From assembly GCA_963813535.1 (NCBI GenBank), contig CAWEZH010000002.1:1728001-1792000 (forward strand): a stretch of DNA of 64,000 nucleotides, written 5' to 3'. This DNA is from an uncultured Chloroflexia bacterium. Its GTDB lineage: Bacteria > Chloroflexota > Limnocylindria > Limnocylindrales > CSP1-4. A program made the translations under genes and the position numbers. The notes under the pieces are model-generated. The model did not search any database. It saw only the letters and a list, made by a program, of their open reading frames with translations, and was not told where the DNA came from. Shown one piece after another: positions 27,833 to 38,386 of this stretch. Within the stretch, counting starts at the first letter, position 1. The number at the start of each line of letters is the position of its first letter.

Positions 27833-29124
27833 CGCCGATCGATAGCTTCGAACGTCAGTTGCCCGTCGCCCTGACCGACCTGGCTGACCCGCGAACCCCC
27901 GATTACCTCACAGACATACTCGGGCGGACCGCCGGCACGCGTCAGCGACCCGCCTGGGCATCCATCGAAAGGTGGCTCCCCGTGGAACTTGTGACTGTGC
28001 GGACCCCGACGACTCGGTTGCCATGGCGCCGGCTCGCTGTCTTCGCGCTGCTCGTCGTCCTACTTGCGGCGATGGTCGCCGCGTACGTCGGCTCTCGACC
28101 GCGCCTGCCCGCGCCATACGGGCGGGCGGCCAACGGGTTGATCGCGTACGACGCCGAGGGCGACATCTACTCGATGGATCCAGTGACCGGCCAGACGGCG
28201 GCCCTGGTCACGGGGGCCACATTCGATGCGCGTCCGATCTTCTCCAGGGATGGGACGCGCTTTGCGTTCGCCCGCACGGGTGAGGGTCGCAACGCCCTGC
28301 TGTTCGTTGCGAACGCCGACGGCACGAACATGATCCAGGTCACGCCAGAGCTGCTCGATGAATTCGGCCCGTACCACGATGCGTGGAGCTTCTCGCCAGA
28401 CGGGCGCTCGATCCTGGCGACAGCTTTGGTCGACAACACCTTTTCCCTGCTTCTCATCCCGACTGATGGTTCGGGGGCCATACGGACGATCGACGTCGGG
28501 ATGAGTGTCGAGGCGCCGTCGTTCCGCCCGCCAAACGGATCTGAGATCCTCTTCACCGGCCATCGAGCCGACGACGGGGTGCCAGGCCTGTTTGCAGTCG
28601 ACATCGCGACGTCCGTCGTTCGAACGATCGTCGAGCCGGCGACTGGCGTCGGGGGCGGATCGTGGTCTCCGGATGGCTCTCGCATCTTGTACGGATCGAT
28701 GGATGCCAAGGACGTCTGGCGCACACATGTCATCTCGGCGGATGGGACGGACGACGTTCGCGTGGACCACCATCCGGGCGCGATCTCCGATGGCGACGCG
28801 GTCTGGTCGAACGATGGGACACGCCTGATCATCACGAGGATCTTCTCGCCAGACGGTTCGGACCATCGTGCCGCGGTGATCCCGGTCGACGGAGTCGGTC
28901 CCGACGTCGAGATCCAGTGTCCGAGCGGGCCAAGCGATGCCTTCGGCGACCTGTGCGCCCGCTGGGTCTGGGCGCCCGACGATGGGTCGATCTTCGGCGT
29001 GTACTTCGACCAGAAGGGTTGGGCCGCCAACCGCCTGACAGTCGATCCGCTCACCGGTGCGACTGCCGTCGCGCCATGGCCCGGGGATAATGGCCAACCG
29101 GCGTGGCAACGACTGGCGCCCTGA
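27829..29124 (+). CDS. Putative single-pass anti-sigma/sensor with TolB-like propeller, copy 2
   Basis: Same architecture as copy 1: PDY...RQRPAW...ERWLP, TM, GRAANG, WSFSPDG and the ending WQRLAP. Confidence 0.8.
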   Translation: MTPIDSFERQLPVALTDLADPRTPDYLTDILGRTAGTRQRPAWASIERWLPVELVTVRTPTTRLPWRRLAVFALLVVLLAAMVAAYVGSRPRLPAPYGRAANGLIAYDAEGDIYSMDPVTGQTAALVTGATFDARPIFSRDGTRFAFARTGEGRNALLFVANADGTNMIQVTPELLDEFGPYHDAWSFSPDGRSILATALVDNTFSLLLIPTDGSGAIRTIDVGMSVEAPSFRPPNGSEILFTGHRADDGVPGLFAVDIATSVVRTIVEPATGVGGGSWSPDGSRILYGSMDAKDVWRTHVISADGTDDVRVDHHPGAISDGDAVWSNDGTRLIITRIFSPDGSDHRAAVIPVDGVGPDVEIQCPSGPSDAFGDLCARWVWAPDDGSIFGVYFDQKGWAANRLTVDPLTGATAVAPWPGDNGQPAWQRLAP

Positions 29125-29150
29125 TCCGTCCGGATAGAGGCAGAAAGGTT

Positions 29151-29180
29151 GAACCCCGGGTTGGTCGGGACCCGGGGTTC
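29151..29180. terminator. Hairpin between the propeller gene and convergent tRNA-Met
   Basis: gaaccccggg...cccggggttc perfect 10-bp inverted repeat. Confidence 0.7.
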
Positions 29181-29195
29181 ACGGAAAAGGCGTAT

Positions 29196-29270
29196 TGGTT
29201 GCGGGGAAGGGATTCGAACCCTTGACCTTCGGGTTATGAGCCCGACGAGCTGCCGCTGCTCCACCCCGCG
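29196..29270 (-). tRNA. tRNA-Met (CAT), initiator type
   Basis: CGCGGGG...TCGGG-CTCATAA-CCCGA...GGTTCGAATCC...CCCCGCA-ACCA. It has the C1:A72 mismatch, three consecutive G:C pairs in the anticodon stem, and an encoded CCA. Confidence 0.97.
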
Positions 29271-29302
29271 ACGCCGAATGATAGGGACGACACTCGAAAC
29301 GG

Positions 29303-30178
29303 TCAAATGGTCCGAGCTTGCAGCTCCTCGGCGTCGAGCTCCTCGGACGCAAGTTCGGTCGAGGTGACGGCCATCGCCGCGGCGACCGCGCCGTAGCGAA
29401 GCGCCCGTTCGAGGGGCACTCCCTCGAGCTCCCCGAAGAGCACGCCGGCGAAGAACGCGTCGCCGGCCCCGTTGGTATCGACCACCTGCACGTCGGGAAC
29501 GACCGGCACCCGGTACACGCGCTCGTCCGCGTCGAGGGCGATGGCACCGTCCGCGCCCATGGTGCAGACCGCGAGGCGCTTGCCGCGGTCGATCAGCGAC
29601 CGCAGGAACCCCGCCGGGTCCGGCAATCGATCGTGGCTGACGAACACGACCTCGGCCGCCTCGATGAATGGCGCGTGCCACGTCGACGAGCCGTCGAAGT
29701 CGTGCAGGTCGGTCCAGATCGGCCGGCCGGACGTCCGCGCGTCGTGGAGCGCGCGAGGCGTCCACGGTGCGAGGTCCAGGACGACGACATCGGCGGCGAC
29801 CATCGATCCTGCCAGCGCCACCTCGTCGAATGCGAGTTCGGGCGAACCGTTGGTGAGCATGAGCGAGATCCGGCCGCCGTCGGGATCCATCAGGTTGACG
29901 TGCTGGGCCGTGCCGGTCGGATCGACGACGGCGCGGAGGTCGACGCCGGCCGCGCCGAGCCCCGACCGCACCCGTGCGCCCGCGTCGTCCTCGCCGAGAC
30001 CCGCGTGCAACGTGACGCCGACACCGAGGCGTGCCAGGTTCAGCGCCTTCCCGGCCCCTGCCCCGCCGATCGCCTTGTGATGCCACCGTGGATGGACGGT
30101 CGCCGTTCGTCCGTCCGGCAACACATCGACGTGGATCATGCGATTCCAGGCGGCGCCGCCGAGGATCGTGACCTGCAT
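29303..30178 (-). CDS. PfkB family carbohydrate kinase
   Basis: GGAGAGKALNLARLG, CTMGADGA and VVDTNGAGDAF. Confidence 0.9.
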   Translation of the reverse strand: MQVTILGGAAWNRMIHVDVLPDGRTATVHPRWHHKAIGGAGAGKALNLARLGVGVTLHAGLGEDDAGARVRSGLGAAGVDLRAVVDPTGTAQHVNLMDPDGGRISLMLTNGSPELAFDEVALAGSMVAADVVVLDLAPWTPRALHDARTSGRPIWTDLHDFDGSSTWHAPFIEAAEVVFVSHDRLPDPAGFLRSLIDRGKRLAVCTMGADGAIALDADERVYRVPVVPDVQVVDTNGAGDAFFAGVLFGELEGVPLERALRYGAVAAAMAVTSTELASEELDAEELQARTI

Positions 30179-31500
30179 CAGGTCGCGCGTGCCGGGACCG
30201 GCGCGGGTTCCGGCACGCGGCCGTGGAGCCGGTCGCCGCCCACGGCCACCGCGATCACGAGCGTCACGAGCATCACGGCGCTGAATGAATAGAAGGGCAG
30301 CAGGATGCTCTGCTCCGCCAGGATCCCGGTCGTGACCGACGCGATGATGAAGCCGAGCGTCCCTGCCGCACCGAACAGTCCCTGGGCGGTCGACGACCGG
30401 CCGGGCGGCGAGTTCGCGGCGACCACCGCGTACAGCGCCGGGTTGAGGAACGCGAACCCGGTCGCCTCGATGAGGATGAGCGGGACTGCGAAGGACGGGT
30501 CCCGCATGAGCGTGTACAGGATGCCGGTGACGGCCGGCAGGACCATGCCGATCACGATGAACGCGAACGACCCGCGCTTGTCGACCAGTCGTCCCGCGTA
30601 CGGTGATAGGACGAGCACGGGCAGCCCGAACATCGCGAATGTCAGCCCGATCAGCGCGAGATCGGCGCCCAACCCCTGCAGGAACAGGCTCCAGATCACC
30701 TCGTAGGTGCCACCGCCGTAGTACCCGCCCACGTTCAGGATGATCGCCGCGACGAGGCCCCGGTTGAGGAGTCGCATCGTCCGTGACGTCGTGGGCGTCG
30801 GGCCATCGCCGGCCACCCGATCGGCCGCCAGGGCGGCCGCGGCTCGACCTTCGACGTACGGCGAGTCGGGCGGCATCGTCGTGCGATCTGACCAGGGCGA
30901 TGCGTCGGCCTTGTGTGCGGGACCCTCTTCGCGGACGCGCAGCGCGATCCCGACAGCGGCCACGATCGCGGCGATGGCGCTGAACACGAACACGAAGGCG
31001 ATGCCGCCGAAGCGATCGGCGCCGAATGCCCCGATCGACGGGCCGATCAGCAGCCCGCCCATCTGCGCCGCCCCGTACAGCCCGAACGCCTCCCCGCGCC
31101 GGTCGGGCGGCGTCGAGTCGGTCAGGAAGCCGCGGGCGGCCGGGTCGTAGATCGCGGCGCCCAGCCCGGCCCCCGCCCGCAGCACGAAGAACGGCAGCGG
31201 GCCCGTCAGGACCAGCGGCAGCGCCCCGAAGACACCTGTTGCGACCAGGCCGATGACCATCAGCGGGACCCGCGCCGTTCGGTCGGCAAGCCAGCCGAAG
31301 AACGGTTCGCTCAACAGTCGCGCCGCCGGCCACGCGGCGATGACGAGACCGAGCGTCGCGAGGTCGAGGCCCTGCTGCTCGAAGTAGATCGGCAGGACGG
31401 GGAGTAGCCCGCCGAAGCCGAGCCAGACGACGAATTCCGCGACGAGCAGGGGGAGGATCGCGCCCCATCGGTCGAGCCAGGCGCGGAGTCTGTCCATCAT
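30178..31500 (-). CDS. MFS transporter (DHA1-like)
   Basis: About 12 TM, motif A GWLADRTAR and GRLVDKRG, plus RRGEAFG. Confidence 0.9.
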   Translation of the reverse strand: MMDRLRAWLDRWGAILPLLVAEFVVWLGFGGLLPVLPIYFEQQGLDLATLGLVIAAWPAARLLSEPFFGWLADRTARVPLMVIGLVATGVFGALPLVLTGPLPFFVLRAGAGLGAAIYDPAARGFLTDSTPPDRRGEAFGLYGAAQMGGLLIGPSIGAFGADRFGGIAFVFVFSAIAAIVAAVGIALRVREEGPAHKADASPWSDRTTMPPDSPYVEGRAAAALAADRVAGDGPTPTTSRTMRLLNRGLVAAIILNVGGYYGGGTYEVIWSLFLQGLGADLALIGLTFAMFGLPVLVLSPYAGRLVDKRGSFAFIVIGMVLPAVTGILYTLMRDPSFAVPLILIEATGFAFLNPALYAVVAANSPPGRSSTAQGLFGAAGTLGFIIASVTTGILAEQSILLPFYSFSAVMLVTLVIAVAVGGDRLHGRVPEPAPVPARAT

Positions 31501-31618
31501 CGGACGCCGAGCGTACCGGTCGGCGACCTGCGGCGGCGGGCTGTTGCCGGAAACCAACCGTTGCCGTGGGGAACCTATACTGCCCGTTCGCCCCCTTCCT
31601 CCAGAGGTGCGCTGCCGC

Positions 31619-32593
31619 ATGGACGTCATCACCGCCGACGGGCTGGTCAAGATCTACAAGACCCGTAAGCACGAGGTCCGCGCGCTCGACGGGCTGGACC
31701 TGAGGGTGCGCGAAGGGACGATCCTCGGTCTCCTCGGCCCGAACGGTGCGGGCAAGACGACGACCGTCCGGATCCTGGCCACGCTGCTCAGACCCGACGC
31801 CGGGATGGCAACGGTCGCGGGGTTCGACGTCGTTCGCGAGGCGCAACGGATCCGAACCTTGATCGGCCTGTCCGGCCAGTACGCGGCGGTCGACGAGAAC
31901 CTGACCGGACGCGAGAACCTCTGGATGGTCGGCCGGCTCTACCAGCTCACGAGCCGCGTCTCGAAGACACGCGCCGATGAGCTGCTCGATCAGTTCGACC
32001 TGGCCGAGGCCGGCGACCGCGTCGTCAAGACGTACTCGGGTGGCATGCGCCGCCGGCTCGACCTGGCGAGCGCGCTGATCGGCCGCCCGAGACTGCTCTT
32101 CCTCGACGAGCCGACCACTGGCCTCGACCCGCGCAGTCGCCTGGGGATGTGGGATGTCATCCGAGGGCTCGTGCGCGAGGGCGTGACGTTGCTGCTCACG
32201 ACCCAGTACCTCGAGGAAGCCGACGAGCTGGCCGACAGCATCGCCGTCGTCGACCACGGCAGGATCATCGCGAGCGGCACCGCGGACGACCTCAAGGCGG
32301 AGGTCGGCGGCGAGCGGATCGAGGTCGTCATCCACGACCGCACGCGGATCGACGACGCCCGAGGGATGCTGGAGGGGATCGGCATCGGGGCCGCCACGAT
32401 CGATGAGCACACCCGCCGGGTCACGGTGCCCTCGGAGGGCGGGGCGCAGCGCCTGGCGACGGTGATCCGCGACTTCGACGAAGCCGGCATAGCGATCGAC
32501 GACATCGGCCTTCGACGTCCGACGCTCGATGACGTGTTCCTCAGCCTGACCGGGCACGTCGCCGTCGAGGAGCCAACGGAGACCGCTGCATGA
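31619..32593 (+). CDS. DrrA-type ABC exporter ATP-binding protein
   Basis: GPNGAGKTT, GQYAAVDENLTGREN, YSGGMRRRLDLA, LLTTQYLEEAD and PTLDDVF. Confidence 0.92.
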   Translation: MDVITADGLVKIYKTRKHEVRALDGLDLRVREGTILGLLGPNGAGKTTTVRILATLLRPDAGMATVAGFDVVREAQRIRTLIGLSGQYAAVDENLTGRENLWMVGRLYQLTSRVSKTRADELLDQFDLAEAGDRVVKTYSGGMRRRLDLASALIGRPRLLFLDEPTTGLDPRSRLGMWDVIRGLVREGVTLLLTTQYLEEADELADSIAVVDHGRIIASGTADDLKAEVGGERIEVVIHDRTRIDDARGMLEGIGIGAATIDEHTRRVTVPSEGGAQRLATVIRDFDEAGIAIDDIGLRRPTLDDVFLSLTGHVAVEEPTETAA

Positions 32594-33435
32594 GCGCCAC
32601 GACGTCCGCCCGACCCGCCCCTGCCGGAGGGACGCTGTCGTCTGCCGCCCGCGACGGCCTGATCATCATGTGGCGAAACCTGAAGCGCATCCCGCGCATC
32701 CCGGAGCTCGCGCTGTTCGCGATCCTCCAGTCGATCATGTTCGTGCTGCTGTTCGCCTATGTCTTCGGCGGGGCGATCCCGCTGCCCGGCTACCCACCCG
32801 ACCCGGTGTACTACCGCGAGTACCTGATGCCGGGCATCTTCGCCCAGACCATCGTCTTCGCCGCGGGCACCACCGCGATCGGCATGGCCGACGACATCGG
32901 CAAAGGCATCATCGATCGGTTCCGCTCGCTGCCGATGGCGCGGTCCGCGGTGCTGTCAGGTCGATCGCTCGCCGACGTCATCTACAACGGCGGGATCCTG
33001 ATCGTGCTGATGGTGTCGGGCTTGTTCGTCGGCTGGACGGTCCACACCGGTTTCGGTGCACTGCTCGCCGGTGTCGGCCTGCTCCTGCTGTTCGCGTTCG
33101 CCATGTCGTGGCTGGGCATCTACCTCGGGCTGAGCGTTCCCACGGTGGAGGTCGCGCAGCAGGCCATCTTCACGGTGCTCTTCCCGATCACGTTCATCTC
33201 GAACGTGTTCGTCCCACCGACGACGCTGCCGGAATGGCTCCAACCCGTCGCGGAATGGAACCCGACCAGCACCCTGACGGGCTCGCTCCGCCAGTTGTGG
33301 GGGAACCCCAATCCCTATGTCACGGACAGCTTCCCGTCCCAGAACCCGGTGCTCGTGACGCTGGTCTGGGTCGCGGTCTTCCTCGTGGTCTTCGCGCCGC
33401 TCGGGATCCGCCGCTACCGGAGCATGAGCCGCTAG
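32590..33435 (+). CDS. DrrB-type ABC-2 permease
   Basis: MFVLLFAYVFGGAI, YLMPGIF, DRFRSLPMAR and AEWNP. Confidence 0.92.
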   Translation: MSATTSARPAPAGGTLSSAARDGLIIMWRNLKRIPRIPELALFAILQSIMFVLLFAYVFGGAIPLPGYPPDPVYYREYLMPGIFAQTIVFAAGTTAIGMADDIGKGIIDRFRSLPMARSAVLSGRSLADVIYNGGILIVLMVSGLFVGWTVHTGFGALLAGVGLLLLFAFAMSWLGIYLGLSVPTVEVAQQAIFTVLFPITFISNVFVPPTTLPEWLQPVAEWNPTSTLTGSLRQLWGNPNPYVTDSFPSQNPVLVTLVWVAVFLVVFAPLGIRRYRSMSR

Positions 33436-33450
33436 GCCGCCGCCGCTGGA

Positions 33451-36202
33451 TCAGCCGGTGTTCTGCAGCCCGGCAGCGACACCGTTGACCGACAGCTGCA
33501 CGAGCCGCAGGTGGACGGCTCGGTCCGGACCGTCCTGGGAGAGGGCGCGTAGCCGTCGAAGCAGGCGGACCTGGACCTCGGACAGCGCATCGACATAGGG
33601 GTTGCGCAGCGCGATCGACCGCTGCAGGACGGGCGCTCCATCGAGCAGCCGCTCGCGACCGGTGATGCGCAGAAGCCACGCCACCGTGCGGTGGTACTCG
33701 GCTTCGATCATCGACCACCAGCGTTCGGCGTCATCGCCGCTCGTCAGCGACGCGTAGCGACGTCCGATGCCCATGTCAGCCTTGGCCAGGATCATCTCGG
33801 CGTTGTCGATGACGGACGCGAGGAACGGCCACGATCGGTACAGCCGGGTGATGTCGCGGATGCCCGTCTCACCGTGGCCAGCGGCGTACGCCTCGAGGGC
33901 CGAGCCGAGGCCGTACCAGCCGGGCAGGTTGATCCTCGACTGCGACCAGGCAAAGGTCCACGGGATCGCCCGCAGGGCGTCGATGGGTGGTGCCTCGTCG
34001 GCGGTGCTGCCGGCCCGCCCGCGGGCCGCCGGTCGCGACCCGAGGCGCAGGTCAGACAGCTCGGCGATCGGTGTGATCTGCCGGAAGAACGTTGCGAACC
34101 CCGGGTCGTCGTGGACGAGCGCCCGGTACGCGCTGCGGGCGATCGCCGACAGCTCGGCCATCAATGCGCCGCCCGTCTCGAGGGCGGCTGCTGCCGCAGC
34201 ATCGTGTTCGGGCGTGGAAGCGATCAGGACCGCACCGGTGAGTTGCTCGAGGTGGCGGCGGGCGATCGCTGGGTCGCCGTAGTTGGCGAAGATCACCTCG
34301 CCCTGCTCGGTCAGCTTGAGCCGACCGTCGACCGATCCGGGTGCGCCGCCGACGATGGCGCGATTGGCGGGGCCTCCACCACGTCCGATGGCGCCGCCTC
34401 GACCGTGAAAGAGCGTCAGCTCGACGTCGTGTGCCCGCGCCGCCTCGACCAGCGCCGCCTGTGCCTGGTGAAGCATCCAGGCGGCAGCGAGGAAGCCCGA
34501 CTCCTTGTTCGAGTCCGAGTAGCCGAGCATCACCTCCTGGCGGTCGCCACGCGCGGCCACGTGGCGGCGGTACGCCGGATCGCGCAGGACGGCGTCGAGG
34601 ATCTTCCCGCCGGCGGTCAGCGCCTCGGACGACTCGAACAACGGGACGACGTCGATCGCGGTGGTCCCATCGGCCCGCACCGCGAGCTCCAGGACATCGG
34701 TGACGTCGCGGGGCTCGGCCGTGAACGAGACCACCACGCGCCTGGATGCCTCCGGCCCGTAGCGCTCCTGTGCCTCGCCGATCGAGCGGAACGTGGCGAG
34801 GACCTCGGCTGTGGACACGCCGGGGGCGAGCTCGGCGGCCGGATCGCCACCCGCCTCCAGCGTGTCGAGCGCCTGTCGGTGCACGGCGCTGTGCTGACGG
34901 ATCTCGAGCGACGCGAGGTGGAATCCGAACGTCGCCACCTGCCAGCGGAGCTCGGCGACCTCGCCCCAGGCGACGCGCTCCAGACCGTCGTCGACGAGCG
35001 CGTCCTGGATCTCGCCGAGCTCGGTGTCGAGTGCGTCGGCATCCTCGTAGTGACCCGCGCGCGGTCCGGTCTCACCGGTCACCACGGCGCGGGTCCGGCG
35101 CAGTCGCTCGGCGATGAACCCGAATCGCTGGCGGTACGGCTCGTCGGGGAATCGTCGTCGCAATTGGCGGTCGGTCTCGGGCAGCTCCTCGGCGTCGCGG
35201 GCCAGTCGCGTGGCGAGCGGGCGGGCGACGCGGTCGTGGGACGTCGTGGCCGATACGGTCTGCATCAGGCGCATGGCCACGGCCTCGTAGCCATGGAGGA
35301 CGTGATCCGCCTGGATGCGCAGCGTCCGGGAGGTCAGATCCGCCGTGACCGCCGGGTTACCGTCCCGGTCGCCACCGACCCACGTGCCGAAGCGGAGGAA
35401 CGCTGCGACCCGTGGCGCCCGAGCGCCCGACTCCGGGTCGAGCACCGCGTCGACGGCCCGGTACAGCCGTGGCGCCAGCTGGAAGAGCGTGGCGTCGAAG
35501 ATGGCCATGGCCGTGCGAACCTCGTCGAGCGGCTCCGGCGAGACCGCGCGCAGGTCCGACGTCCGCCACAGGACCGAGATCTCCTCGCGCAGCCGACGAC
35601 GGGTCTCGCGATCCTCCGACGGGGTCAGCCGAGTATCGTCGAAGCGTTCCAGGAGGACGGCGCAGCGTCGGAGCGCCACGAGCGTCGTGCGGCGGCGCGC
35701 TTCGGTCGGGTGGGCGGTGAGCACGGGCGTGATTCGCAGCCGCTCCATGATCGCGTCGAGTTCGGCGTCGGTGCGACCGGCGCGTCGGAGCCGGGCGACC
35801 GCCTCGGCCACCGAGTCGTCGAGCAGCCCGTCACGCGCCGCCCGCTCCCGACGGCGGAGGGCGCGGACGCGGGCCCGGGCCTCGGCCAGGTTGACCAGCT
35901 GGAAGTACAGCGAGAAGGCGGTGATGACGGCCTCGGCGTCCTCGAGCTCGAGAGCATCGAGCTCTGCATCGAGCCGCTCGCGGACCTCCGGCTGCTCGTC
36001 GTGACGGGACGCGATAGCTGCCAGGCGCAGCCGTTCGACGAGGTCGTAGATCCCCTCGCCCGGCCTGTTCCGTGATGACCTGTCCGAGCAGCGCACCGAG
36101 CAACCGGACCTCGAGCGCCAGCGGATCGCGCGCGTGGGCAGACCCGATACCCGACGGTTCGGCCGCCCGGGCCGAGCGTGCGCGGGGGCGGGTTGGGCTC
36201 AT
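33451..36202 (-). CDS. ppc: Phosphoenolpyruvate carboxylase (apparent +1 insertion at about 36060)
   Basis: VLTAHPTE, GGDRDGNP, QEVMLGYSDSNK, FHGRGG, LRAIPW and GLQNTG. The N-terminus (EVRLLGALLGQVITEQAG) is in another frame. Confidence 0.94.
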
Positions 36203-36297
36203 CGGGCCCAGCGTGACGGGCGGTACCGCAACCGAGCGGCCACCGCGTCACAACCTTCTTCCGACCGTGCCGTTCCTACCCTTGTAAGGTGGTAGGC

Positions 36298-37617
36298 GTG
36301 GCGCCGCAGGGATCCAGCGTGCAGGACCGACGTCGACGTGCAGCCAGGCGCACGGACGACGTCGTCGAGACGCGCCCCGAGAGCGATCAGCTCGACCAGC
36401 TCCGGTTCATCCACGACGTCGCCCGCCTTGCGACGACGGCGCGCACATGGGACGAGCTGCTGGGGACGGTCGTCGACGGGACGCGGGACGCCCTCCATGC
36501 GGATGTCTCCTCGCTCTACCTCCTCGACCGGGATGGAGCGTACCTGACGCTCGCCGCGACGAACGGGCTCGACCGTTTCCAGATCGGTCGTGCGCGGGTC
36601 CCGTTCGGCGAGGGCGTGACGGGCTCCGTCGCCGCCAGCCAGCAACCGCTGGTCATCCCGGACGTGAAAGAGGACCAGCGCTTCCTGTGGGTGCGCGGTA
36701 TCGACCAGCGCCGCTTCGTGACATCGATGCTCAGCGTCCCGCTGACCTGGCACGACCAGACGATCGGGGTGCTCAACGTCCAGACAGAGCGACCGAGGGA
36801 CTTCAGCACATCCGATGTCGCGCAGCTGAGCGCCGTCGCGGACTTGCTGGCCGGGATCGTCGAAAAGGGCCGCCAGCAATCCGAGGCGGAGGCTCGGGTC
36901 GAGGCGCTCAAGGCGATCGACGAAGCACGGAGCGAGCTGATCGCCCTGGTCACGCACGAGCTCCGGACGCCGCTGGCGGTCGTCCGCGCCTACACCGACC
37001 TCCTGGCCGACGAACCGGCACTCGTCGGCCGCGAATCGCGCGACATCGAGCGTCGGAAGACGCGCGCCGAGTGGCACGACGCGACGCTCGAGCAGATCGA
37101 GCGGCTGGATCGCCTCGTCGACTCGATCCTTGCGTCCGTCCGGGTCGTGCCCGAGGATGCGGCGACACTCGAACCGGCGGATGTCGAGGCGCTCGTGCGC
37201 GAGGTGCTGCATTCCCTGACGCCCCTGCTCGGGAGGCACCAGGTCGTCGCCGAGGGCATGTCCCGACTGCACGGCCTGACCGATCCGTCGCGGCTGCGCC
37301 AGATCGTCGAGCACCTCGTCGAGAACGCCGTGAAGTACGCGCCATCGGACACGATGATCCGCATCGATTGGCAGCTCGTCGAAGGCTTCGTCCACCTCGG
37401 CGTCACCGACGAGGGACCCGGTATCCCCGATGAGTGGCGCGAGCGCATCTTCGAGCCGTATGCCCGCCGCGATACCCATACCGCCCGCGGCTCGGGGATC
37501 GGGCTCTATGCCGCGAAGCGTCTCGGCGAATCGATGGGCTGCCACCTGTGGTGCGAGCCGGCCCGACCGCACGGCGCACGGTTCGTGGTGGCCGTCCCGG
37601 CGGCGGCGGCGATCTGA
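36298..37617 (+). CDS. Cytoplasmic GAF-domain sensor histidine kinase
   Basis: GAF (GEGVTG, SMLSVPL, IGVLNVQ), H-box THELRTPL, ENAVKY, DEGPGI and GSGIGL. Confidence 0.92.
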   Translation: MAPQGSSVQDRRRRAARRTDDVVETRPESDQLDQLRFIHDVARLATTARTWDELLGTVVDGTRDALHADVSSLYLLDRDGAYLTLAATNGLDRFQIGRARVPFGEGVTGSVAASQQPLVIPDVKEDQRFLWVRGIDQRRFVTSMLSVPLTWHDQTIGVLNVQTERPRDFSTSDVAQLSAVADLLAGIVEKGRQQSEAEARVEALKAIDEARSELIALVTHELRTPLAVVRAYTDLLADEPALVGRESRDIERRKTRAEWHDATLEQIERLDRLVDSILASVRVVPEDAATLEPADVEALVREVLHSLTPLLGRHQVVAEGMSRLHGLTDPSRLRQIVEHLVENAVKYAPSDTMIRIDWQLVEGFVHLGVTDEGPGIPDEWRERIFEPYARRDTHTARGSGIGLYAAKRLGESMGCHLWCEPARPHGARFVVAVPAAAAI

Positions 37618-37620
37618 CCG

Positions 37621-38349
37621 ATGGCCACCATGAGCAGTCGACCACTGCGCATCCTCGTCGTCGACGACGACCCGGCCATGGTCGGAGCCATCACCGCGCT
37701 CGTCGGGACCGAGGGTCACCAGGTCATCACGGCGTATGACGGACTGACCGCGGTCAAGCGCTTCCGCGAGGAGCACCCCGACCTCGTCCTGCTCGATCTG
37801 GCCATGCCCGGCCCGGATGGCTTCTCCGTCGCGGGCCAGATGCGCGCCGTCGGCCAGGCGCCGATCCTCGTGGTGTCCGGCGAGAGCGGCGAGGCCGCCA
37901 AGGTGCGGGCGCTCGGCATCGGCGCCGATGACTACCTGACAAAGCCATTCGGCAAGGCCGAGCTGCTGGCACGGATCGCGGCGATCATGCGCCGCGTCGA
38001 TCGCTCCTCGGCCGGGACCGGGGCTCCCGCCGGACCGCTCGAGGCCGGCGCCCTGGTCCTCGAGCCCGGTCGCCACGAGGCGCGGGTCGGCGATCACGCG
38101 CTGTCGCTCACGCCGACGGAGTTCCGCTTGCTCGAGGCCCTCGTCCGCGCGCGTGGCGATATCGTCCCGCACCTGCAGCTCGCACGGGCCGGCTGGCCCG
38201 CCGAGACGGACCCGGACCTGCTGTGGCTCAAGCCGCATCTGGCCCGGCTGCGGGCCAAGGTCGAAGATGCCGGCGGCCCGCACGTGGTGGCGGTCCGTGG
38301 TGTCGGCTATCGGATCGTGGCGGACGAAGCGGCTCCCGCCGACGGCTAG
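37621..38349 (+). CDS. OmpR/PhoB family response regulator
   Basis: ILVVDDD, LLDLAMP, GADDYLTKPF, LTPTEFRLL and VRGVGYR. Confidence 0.93.
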   Translation: MATMSSRPLRILVVDDDPAMVGAITALVGTEGHQVITAYDGLTAVKRFREEHPDLVLLDLAMPGPDGFSVAGQMRAVGQAPILVVSGESGEAAKVRALGIGADDYLTKPFGKAELLARIAAIMRRVDRSSAGTGAPAGPLEAGALVLEPGRHEARVGDHALSLTPTEFRLLEALVRARGDIVPHLQLARAGWPAETDPDLLWLKPHLARLRAKVEDAGGPHVVAVRGVGYRIVADEAAPADG

Positions 38350-38386
38350 CCTGGCCGGTGCGCGGTGACGGGAGCGACCCGGACCG

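Noticed and set aside
25140-29270. tRNA-Met-anchored genomic island
   Set aside because: No integrase, no duplicated tRNA 3' end seen, and no obvious compositional break.
29303-32557. 1084-aa ORF
   Set aside because: Only the last 291 codons (PfkB kinase, from 30178) are real. The rest overlaps the MFS and ABC genes.
35831-36202. ppc as pseudogene or programmed frameshift
   Set aside because: All catalytic motifs are intact, there is no slippery heptamer, and the error pattern matches the other three sites.
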